Shown: one piece after another, positions 57,478 to 64,000 of the stretch
Position numbering within the stretch: position 1 is the first letter of the stretch
How the letters are laid out: the number at the start of each line of letters is the position of its first letter
From: Blastocatellia bacterium
Lineage (GTDB): Bacteria > Acidobacteriota > Blastocatellia > UBA7656
Assembly: GCA_036505875.1 (NCBI GenBank)
Contig: DASXSR010000360.1
Coordinates: 517 to 64,516, forward strand
Reading direction: 5' to 3'
DNA length: 64,000 bases
Translations under genes and position numbers: made by a program
The notes under the pieces: model-generated
Told to the model about the DNA's origin: nothing
What the model saw: the letters and a program-made list of their open reading frames with translations, nothing else
The model's database searches: none

Positions 57478-59025
57478 TTGCGGTTTCGTTACGTGAGGAA
57501 TTCCCCAAAACCCATGAAAAGAGTTGTAGCAATCGCGGTGCTGTTGACAATCGCAGCTTTGGCGTTTCGTCTGTTTCTGGCTCTTCGCCTGCCTAATGAC
57601 GATGATGATGATGGTCGATTTTATTCTCAGCTCGCGCGCAATCTTCTCGACCACCGCGGCTACTCTGGGGAAGAGGAAGAGCCTTACGTTCCGACCTACG
57701 TGCGAGTGCCCGGTTATCCGCTGTTCCTCGCAGGAGTCTACTCCGTCTTCGGCGTCGACAACAATCGCGCTGTCCGCGTGATCCAGGCTATGCTTGATAC
57801 GGTATGCTGCTGGCTGATCGCTTTGCTCGCGTACGTGTGGTCGCCCGCTGAGTGGCATGTTTGGAGACGAAGGCGCGCATTGCTGATCGCGCTCGCGCTG
57901 GCTGCGGCTTGTCCGTTCACGACAGTCTACGTGACGACGATCCTTACCGAAACCTGGGCAATACTATTGACCGTCGCGTTCGTACTCGCTGCCACTCTCG
58001 CGTTGAAGAACGAGGGTCGTGGAAAAGCGCTCGCGTGGTGGCTGGCGGCTGGATTGCTCGGCGGGATCGTCACGATGTTTCGCCCCGACTGCGCGCTGTT
58101 CGCCGGCGGCGTCGGTCTGATGTTGATTATCGTCGGATTCTTTCGAGCGAGCAGAGAGCGGCGACAACGGGTCGTTCTCCTTGCCAGGACTCTTGTCAAC
58201 TGCGCGGCGATAGCGATTGCGTTCGCCGCGATTCTAGCGCCGTGGACCATAAGAAACGCTCGGGTGTTCGGAGTCTTTCAACCGGTCGCCCCTCAGTATG
58301 CGACTGATCCCGGTAAGGTGGGCCCGGTTGGATACATTGCCTGGTTGCGCACATGGGTAGACGACGAGCGGTACGTGGGTATCATCGAGGATTCGCTCGA
58401 CTTGTACCCGATTCACGCCGAGCAACTGCCAGATTATGCGTTCGATACAGCGGAAGAGCGCGACCATGTGCAAGCGCTGTTCGATCGATATAACAATCCA
58501 AAGAGACCATACGTGGAACCCAACGCCGAGGAAGATTCTGAGAACAATACCGCTCCGACGGTGAAGATGACGCCGGAGATCGACGCCGAGTTCGGCGAGA
58601 TCGCTCGCGAGCGCATCGCGCGCCATCCGCTGCGCCAGTACGTCTTGCTGCCGCTTAAGCGCGCCGCGTCGATGTGGTTTGACACGCATTCACAGTACTA
58701 CCAGTTTCAGGGCGAGTTGTTTCCGCTGTATGACCTCGACACCGACGCCGGTCAGCAATACTGGCTCTCGTTATTTGCGACGCTGACCTGGTTCTACACG
58801 ATAGTCGGCCTGGCCGGCGTTTGGTTGTTGGTCAGGGCCAATTCCGCGCGGCGATGGGCGCTCCTGCTCGCGTTGTTGATATTACCGCGACTCGCGTTTC
58901 TAAGCTTTCAGGAACACCCGGAGGCCCGGTACACGGTTGAGTTCTTCGCGCTTGTTACTGCGGCGGCCGCAATTGCGTTAGAGCGAGTCACAAATCGAAC
59001 CGGCAAGGCTGTGATAAACTCTTAG
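57478..59025 (+). CDS. GT39/GT83 (ArnT/PMT-like) family membrane glycosyltransferase, paralog A
   Basis: 515 aa; polytopic; N-terminal loop RLPNDDDDDGRFYSQLARNLLDHRGY...VPGYPLF resembles the ArnT/PMT D-E-x-x-Y-A-E-I-A motif region. The likely start is MKRVVAIA. Confidence 0.65.
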   Translation: MRFRYVRNSPKPMKRVVAIAVLLTIAALAFRLFLALRLPNDDDDDGRFYSQLARNLLDHRGYSGEEEEPYVPTYVRVPGYPLFLAGVYSVFGVDNNRAVRVIQAMLDTVCCWLIALLAYVWSPAEWHVWRRRRALLIALALAAACPFTTVYVTTILTETWAILLTVAFVLAATLALKNEGRGKALAWWLAAGLLGGIVTMFRPDCALFAGGVGLMLIIVGFFRASRERRQRVVLLARTLVNCAAIAIAFAAILAPWTIRNARVFGVFQPVAPQYATDPGKVGPVGYIAWLRTWVDDERYVGIIEDSLDLYPIHAEQLPDYAFDTAEERDHVQALFDRYNNPKRPYVEPNAEEDSENNTAPTVKMTPEIDAEFGEIARERIARHPLRQYVLLPLKRAASMWFDTHSQYYQFQGELFPLYDLDTDAGQQYWLSLFATLTWFYTIVGLAGVWLLVRANSARRWALLLALLILPRLAFLSFQEHPEARYTVEFFALVTAAAAIALERVTNRTGKAVINS

Positions 59026-59058
59026 GAGCTACAAGGAATCCAAGCTTACACAAGGTCC

Positions 59059-60720
59059 ATGAAAAAATACGCCGCGGTTCTTGTACTGCTTACGCTCTCC
59101 GGTTTGGGCTTTCGGCTGTTTCTTGCCTTGCGCCTTCCCAACGATGAGCCGGACGACGGCCGCGTGTACTCGCGAATCGCGATTAACGTCCTCGAACATC
59201 GAACCTATTCCTTAGAAACCGAAGAACCATATTCACCGACACTCATACGGGTACCTGGTTATCCGTTGTTCATCGCCGGCATCTACGCGCTGTTTGGACA
59301 TGAGAACAACCGAGCCGTGCGAGTCGTCCAAGCGCTGCTGGACACCATAACTTGTTGGCTGATCGCCTTGCTCGCGTTGGCGTGGGCGCCAGATAGCTGG
59401 CTGCCGAAGAAGCGGCGCCGGCTTTTTTTGATAGCGCTCGGCCTCGCAGTGACCTGTCCGTTTCCAGCTATCTACGTCACAACTATCCTGACTGAAACAT
59501 GCACTATTTTGTTGGCAACCGCGTGTGCTCTGACAGCGACGCTGGCAATGAAGAACAGCGGCATCAAAGCCATGGGCTGGTGCGCAGCAGCCGGCGTCTT
59601 TGGCGGGCTCGCCACTCTTTTTCGTTCCGATAGCGGAATGTTCGTTGCGGCAGTCGGAGTGACTCTCGCAGTTGTCTTGTTGCGCGGCGCAATCAGCCGT
59701 AGTCGTACTAAGCGATTATCAGCAGCACGCGCTTTCGCCCTCGCTGCGACGCTCTCGCTGGGCTTTGTTCTCACGCTGACGCCGTGGACCATCAGGAACG
59801 CGCGGCTTTTCGGAGTGTTTCAGCCAATCGCTCCTCAGTTCGCCAACATGCCCGGCGACTTCGTGCCGCGCGGATACATCCAATGGCTTCGAACCTGGGT
59901 GGACGATGTGAAATACACCGAGTTGCTCGAGTTTCCACTTGATATCGAGCAGATTCACATCGATCGCGTGCCTGGTTACGCGTTCGACTCGCCTGAGGAA
60001 CGCGAACGCGTGGCGGCCCTGTTGGACCGCTACAACAACCCGCCAGCCAAAGCTGGCGCCCAAAACATTGCTCAGCCCGTCCCGCCTGTGCCCGATCCGA
60101 AAGGCCAATCCCCGACCAGCACCCCGCAGCAACAATCGTCGACCGACACGGCTGATGAAGACCAAGAACAGGTTGATGAGCCTGACTCGCAGGATGAGGA
60201 GTCGGACTCCTCAGATGTTAAACCAGAAGCCCAGCAGCCAGGCGAGATGACACCCGAAATAGATGCCGGATTTGCCGAGATCGCCCGCGAGCGCATCGGT
60301 CGTCATCCGCTGCGTTATTACGTGTTCGTACCATTGAAGCGGGCGGCATCTATGTGGTTTGACACTCATTCACAATACTATCCTTTTCAGGGTGAGATGT
60401 TGCCGCTGTCGGAGTTGGACACCGACATTCATCAGCAGTATTGGCTGCCGTTCTTCATGTTCTTGACCGTGTTCTATACGGGCCTTGCCGTGGGCGGAGC
60501 GTGGCTGATGTGGAGAGACAAAGGCTCGCGAGGCTGGCTGCTTCTGTTTGCCCTTTTGATCCTCCCGCGCCTCGCATTTCTGACCAGCATGGAGAACCCC
60601 GAGCCTCGATACGTGGTAGAGTTTTTCGCGTTCGTCGTGACTGCCTGCAGTCTTGCGATGATCGCCTCATGGGATTGGCTGGTGCAACGACGAAAGGGAC
60701 AAAAGGAACGACACGACTAG
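59059..60720 (+). CDS. GT39/GT83 (ArnT/PMT-like) family membrane glycosyltransferase, paralog B (with acidic Ser/Asp/Glu-rich insertion)
   Basis: 553 aa; colinear with paralog A (RLPNDEPDDGRVYSRIAINVLEHRTY...VPGYPLF...RYNNP...RHPLRYYV). It carries an extra low-complexity insert QSPTSTPQQQSSTDTADEDQEQVDEPDSQDEESDSSD. Confidence 0.65.
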   Translation: MKKYAAVLVLLTLSGLGFRLFLALRLPNDEPDDGRVYSRIAINVLEHRTYSLETEEPYSPTLIRVPGYPLFIAGIYALFGHENNRAVRVVQALLDTITCWLIALLALAWAPDSWLPKKRRRLFLIALGLAVTCPFPAIYVTTILTETCTILLATACALTATLAMKNSGIKAMGWCAAAGVFGGLATLFRSDSGMFVAAVGVTLAVVLLRGAISRSRTKRLSAARAFALAATLSLGFVLTLTPWTIRNARLFGVFQPIAPQFANMPGDFVPRGYIQWLRTWVDDVKYTELLEFPLDIEQIHIDRVPGYAFDSPEERERVAALLDRYNNPPAKAGAQNIAQPVPPVPDPKGQSPTSTPQQQSSTDTADEDQEQVDEPDSQDEESDSSDVKPEAQQPGEMTPEIDAGFAEIARERIGRHPLRYYVFVPLKRAASMWFDTHSQYYPFQGEMLPLSELDTDIHQQYWLPFFMFLTVFYTGLAVGGAWLMWRDKGSRGWLLLFALLILPRLAFLTSMENPEPRYVVEFFAFVVTACSLAMIASWDWLVQRRKGQKERHD

Positions 60721-60926
60721 AGAGCACCTTTTCGTCCTTTTCGTCAGTTCCGTCACTTGTGATCCTTGATTGCACCTGTCGGATTTTTGTTGCGGCGCGG
60801 TCGCTCATACCGCACATCTAACCTTCACTTTTGTATCGTTTCCGCTGTATGAATCTTGGCACTTCGGTTGCCCTTGCACTTATCTCGGAACGAGGGCAGA
60901 TCGAGCGTCGATCCTGATTAGTCGCC

Positions 60927-61319
60927 ATGGACGAGTCGCAACAGGAAACAATCGCCATCAAAGCCTGTGTCGCTTGCAGGTCCGGGCTGCTCGAGCGCGA
61001 CAAGTTCTGCCGCTGGTGCGGCGCGAGTCAATCCGACCCGCTCTCATTGACGCTGGTCTCGGCTCGTGAAAATGCATCTGCGTGCGAAACGACCACGCTT
61101 GCGACTGGCGCGAGGCCCGCAGTCTATCGTCCCATTTCAACGCCGCTGGTGAGCGCAGTGCTAACTGGCACCCTGGTCGGAACTTCAACCGTCAGTCAAA
61201 GTCCTTTGATCAAGAGACTGATTCTCGCGCTGGTCTCGATCCCGGTATGGCTGATAATCGTGCTGCTTTCGCCGCTCGATGCTTACACGACGGTGAAAAG
61301 CCTGGAGAGGCAGATATGA
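60927..61319 (+). CDS. Zinc-ribbon membrane protein (130 aa)
   Basis: CVACRSGLLERDKFCRWCG zinc ribbon and a C-terminal TM helix LILALVSIPVWLIIVLL; its stop overlaps the start of the next gene (ATGA). Confidence 0.45.
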   Translation: MDESQQETIAIKACVACRSGLLERDKFCRWCGASQSDPLSLTLVSARENASACETTTLATGARPAVYRPISTPLVSAVLTGTLVGTSTVSQSPLIKRLILALVSIPVWLIIVLLSPLDAYTTVKSLERQI

Positions 61320-62026
61320 GCGCAACCGCAACGAGGAGTCCGGCGATTGATTCATCGCCGACTTTGGAATTCAAGAACGCAACGCGACAACAGACGAGTT
61401 TGCTTGCTCCGCTCGAACGTGTGTGTCTGAGGTGGCTTGCGCGAGAGATGCCGCTTTGGGTCAAGCCCGATCACCTAACGCTGCTGGGCTTTGCCGCGAT
61501 GCTGGCGGCCAGCGTCTGCTACGCACTTTCGAAATGGTGGGCGCCATCACTCTTGATTGTTAACCTCTTCATCGCTCTCAATTGGTTTGGCGACAGCCTC
61601 GACGGAACGTTGGCCCGAGCACGCAACAAGCAGAGACCGCGTTACGGTTTCTACGTCGATCACATTATCGATTCTTTCGGCGCCGTGTTCCTGCTGTGCG
61701 GTCTGGGCCTGTCGGGATACATGTCGTGGACGGTCGCGTTCGTAGCGTTGGTCGCTTTCTTGCTACTATCGATAGAGCTGTATCTTGCAAGTTACACGAT
61801 TGGCACTTTCAAGCTCTCGCATTATAAATTCAGCCCGACAGAACTACGGGTCTTGCTTGTGGTAGGCAACGTGCGAGCGTTTCTGCGTCCAACGGCCCAC
61901 GTGTTCGGCGGGGAATACCGATTGTTCGACGTTGGCGCGGTAATCGCAGTGGTCCTGATGTCTGTTATTCTGATTATCTCAGTCGTCCGCAATACGATAA
62001 CGCTTTATCGCGCAGAGAGAGTCTGA
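61316..62026 (+). CDS. CDP-alcohol phosphatidyltransferase family protein
   Basis: GDSLDGTLARARNKQRPRYGFYVDHIIDSFG matches D-G-x2-A-R...G-x3-D-x3-D; polytopic. The track ORF begins upstream at 61082 in the same frame, so the true start is uncertain; 61316 is preferred because of the coupling. Confidence 0.75.
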   Translation: MSATATRSPAIDSSPTLEFKNATRQQTSLLAPLERVCLRWLAREMPLWVKPDHLTLLGFAAMLAASVCYALSKWWAPSLLIVNLFIALNWFGDSLDGTLARARNKQRPRYGFYVDHIIDSFGAVFLLCGLGLSGYMSWTVAFVALVAFLLLSIELYLASYTIGTFKLSHYKFSPTELRVLLVVGNVRAFLRPTAHVFGGEYRLFDVGAVIAVVLMSVILIISVVRNTITLYRAERV

Positions 62027-62041
62027 CGAACAGAATCAAAC

Positions 62042-62500
62042 ATGGATAGACAGGATGTACAGGACTTCTCTTCATATCATCCTGTCAATCCTGTGTATCC
62101 CTGTTTTGGTCGTTCGCGGCTGATACTGAGACGCTTCGCCAAATTCAGCGCAGTCGGGGGATTAGGCATCCTCGTGCAAGTGGTGACGCTTGGGTTTCTG
62201 TTGCGCGTCGCAGGAATGCATTATCTCCCGGCGACGGCGCTGGCAGTCGAGGCAGCCATCCTACACAATTTCGCGTGGCACAGAAGGTGGACCTGGCGTG
62301 ACCGCCCGAGTTCCAGCATCGCGCTAACGTTTTTGCGGTTCAACGCAACGAACGGAGCGGCCTCGTTGATCGGCAACCTCGTAGTGATGTTCATATTGGT
62401 CGGCGTGTTGAAGATCAACCCTTATGCGGCTAACCTGATTACGATCGGCATCTGCTCGATTGTAAACTTCGCGCTTGCCGATCGGTTCGTGTTTGTTTAG
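62042..62500 (+). CDS. GtrA-family polysaccharide-synthesis membrane protein
   Basis: 152 aa; four TM segments; RFAKFSAVGGLGILVQVVTLGFLL...NFAWHRRWTWRD is the GtrA hallmark. Confidence 0.8.
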   Translation: MDRQDVQDFSSYHPVNPVYPCFGRSRLILRRFAKFSAVGGLGILVQVVTLGFLLRVAGMHYLPATALAVEAAILHNFAWHRRWTWRDRPSSSIALTFLRFNATNGAASLIGNLVVMFILVGVLKINPYAANLITIGICSIVNFALADRFVFV

Positions 62501-62503
62501 AAA

Positions 62504-62594
62504 ACATGTACGGGCGGCCCTCCGCGGCCGCCCCTCCTCGGCCAGGATCACCTCAATTGACTGAGGCGCGGCCACGGAGGGCGCCCTTGCATGA
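62504..62594. repeat. GC-rich palindromic repeat element, copy B (ACATGTA-CGGGCGGCCCTCCGCGGCCGCCCC...GGCGCGGCCACGGAGGGCGCCC-TTGCATG)
   Basis: Read directly. It lies immediately after the gtrA stop, with the same architecture as copy A at 17980-18069. Confidence 0.55.
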
Positions 62595-62604
62595 TTCACA
62601 ACCA

Positions 62605-63234
62605 GTGAACCGAAAGAAAGAAAAACGCGAACAACGAGACGTCGATCGCATACGTACGTTCATCTGCATCGAGATACCCGAATCGATCAAGGACCGAATC
62701 GACAGTCTTCAGAACACTCTTCGTCAGATCGACGCGCAGGTTAGTTGGACCAAGCCTTCAAACATCCATCTGACATTGAAGTTCCTCGGAGGAGTCGCGC
62801 CGACTCGAATCGAAAGAGTCGCGAAAGCAGTCGAACGCGCCGCCAGCGGTATTCATCACTTTGAAATTGAAGTCAGCGGCGCAGGCTGCTTCCCTTCCCC
62901 TCGAAGCCCCCGAGTGTTATGGATCGGCTTACCGAACGCGCCTGACCCGCTCAAGCAACTCTACGCCAACGTCGAAGACGAACTCGCCCGCGAAGGCTTC
63001 CCACGAGAAAATCGAAAGTTCTCACCTCATCTAACAATTGGCCGTCCGCGCAATCCGAAGAGCTCCGCCGCTGTCGCGGAGGCGTTGATGGGCGAGGGCT
63101 TCGCACCCGAGAGGTTCAAGGCGACTGAAGTAATCGTCATGCGAAGCCAACTCAAACCCACCGGCTCAATCTACACACCGCAAGCAACGATTAAGCTTGC
63201 AAGTGGACAACGCGTATCGCTCCTGACACAATAA
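62605..63234 (+). CDS. thpR: RNA 2',3'-cyclic phosphodiesterase (2H family, ThpR/LigT)
   Basis: Two H-x-T-x motifs (HLTLKFLG and HLTIGRP). The start is uncertain; the in-frame ATG at 62506 lies inside the repeat hairpin, so a GTG near 62605 is preferred. Confidence 0.7.
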   Translation: MNRKKEKREQRDVDRIRTFICIEIPESIKDRIDSLQNTLRQIDAQVSWTKPSNIHLTLKFLGGVAPTRIERVAKAVERAASGIHHFEIEVSGAGCFPSPRSPRVLWIGLPNAPDPLKQLYANVEDELAREGFPRENRKFSPHLTIGRPRNPKSSAAVAEALMGEGFAPERFKATEVIVMRSQLKPTGSIYTPQATIKLASGQRVSLLTQ

Positions 63235-63239
63235 TCGCC

Positions 63240-64000
63240 GTTGGAAAACCAACGACCGAGTCTGAACTCCTTGGCGACAATTCAAGAAAAACAAACGCAA
63301 CAAGAAGTCGGGCTCAAGCGCGAGCTCACCAAGCTCGAGAGCTACGCGACTATAATCGGAATTTTAGTCGGCTCGGGAATCTTTGTCGTGACCGGCAAGT
63401 CCGGCGCGATCGCCGGACCATCGGTCCCGCTAGCCTACCTGGTGCTTGCGCCGGTAATGCTGGTCACTGCCGTCGCTTACTCGGTGTACCTTTCGACTCC
63501 GCTGGGAACGAGTCCGGGCGGCGAGTACGCACACATCTCTCGCACGACCGGGAGCTACTATCTCGGCTTCGTAGCGCTGTGGTTGAAGTGGCTGGCTTAC
63601 ATCGGCGCACTCGTGATTCTTTCAACGTCGCTCGCTCAATACCTCAAGTTCTTCTATCCGAGAATGGATCAGGCGGTGGCGACCCTGCTGCCGTTTGGCG
63701 ACGCGCTCAGCCGAAGCTACACGGGCGATCCAACTCTTGCGGAAGCGGTCTTCGCGACGGCGGCGCTGATGCTCTTCTTCGTCTTCAATCTGCTCGGAGT
63801 TAAGGTCTACGGTTGGCTTCAAACGGTCATGGTTATCGTAAAATGCCTTGCCATTGTCATACTGGTTCTGCCTGGTCTGTTCGCAATTGAATGGAAGAAT
63901 TTTTCGCCAATGTTCCCGTACGGGGTTGGGGCTCACCTGACATCAGAAGGTGAGAAGGGCTTTTTGGCTGTGCTAGGCCCCCTATTTTTTGCGTATGCCG
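63240..64000 (+). CDS. APC-superfamily amino-acid permease, 5' partial (runs off the window end)
   Basis: An open frame to the end of the window encoding ...ESYATIIGILVGSGIFVVTGKSGAIAGPSVPLAYLVLAPVMLVTAVAYSVYLSTPLGTSPGGEYAHISR..., a typical APC N terminus. No ATG; it may start at TTG 63240. Confidence 0.55.

Noticed and set aside
62506-62604. ATG at 62506 as the start of the thpR-like gene
   Set aside because: It falls inside the GC-rich palindromic repeat element and would add about 30 non-conserved residues; the 2H phosphoesterase core starts near RIRTFICIEIP.

Overview
The window is a high-GC bacterial chromosomal segment that is densely coding on both strands. Gene content (many TPR proteins, a CarbopepD-type giant outer-membrane protein, tandem Ku genes, ECF sigma modules) suggests an Acidobacteria-like organism; this is a guess. 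Most of the window is housekeeping: tRNA-Cys and tRNA-Gly, rimI-tsaB, mutS, tyrS, gltA, pckA, deoB, rpsU, ptsH-ptsI, ggt, pilD and pepN. The loci that stand out are listed below.

- **NHEJ locus:** a small four-CxxC zinc-ribbon ORF, two tandem Ku paralogs, a 23-bp perfect palindrome, a BON-domain protein, an unknown 116-aa protein and a ligase-domain-only LigD.
- **Type II toxin-antitoxin genes:** a hicBA module in a low-GC patch, plus an orphan higA-like antitoxin next to the tRNAs at the left edge.
- **5'-nucleotidase-like gene:** a secreted homolog with substituted metal-binding motifs, interrupted by a single in-frame TGA that is followed immediately by a GC hairpin.
- **Four-helix-bundle (rRNA-IVS-type) gene:** exactly bracketed by inverted GTCAGAGG repeats, next to rpsU.
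- **ECF sigma cluster:** sigma and anti-sigma factors upstream of secreted proteins and a 1010-aa outer-membrane protein that share unusual RGG/Gly-rich tracts.
- **Glycoconjugate / exopolysaccharide cluster:** a 1156-aa fused GH18-like, CE4 deacetylase and GT2 synthase protein, two tandem GT39/ArnT-like paralogs, a zinc-ribbon membrane protein coupled to a CDP-alcohol phosphatidyltransferase, and GtrA.

Several repeat families recur in intergenic gaps: the ACACCCAACTGAAGTTGGGT hairpins (three copies), a roughly 90-bp GC-rich palindromic element bounded by CATGTA...TACATG (two copies), and ATCACGCATCAC repeats. No CRISPR array, rRNA, transposase or integrase was detected. All calls are based on reading the supplied ORF translations and the nucleotide sequence; no database searches were run.
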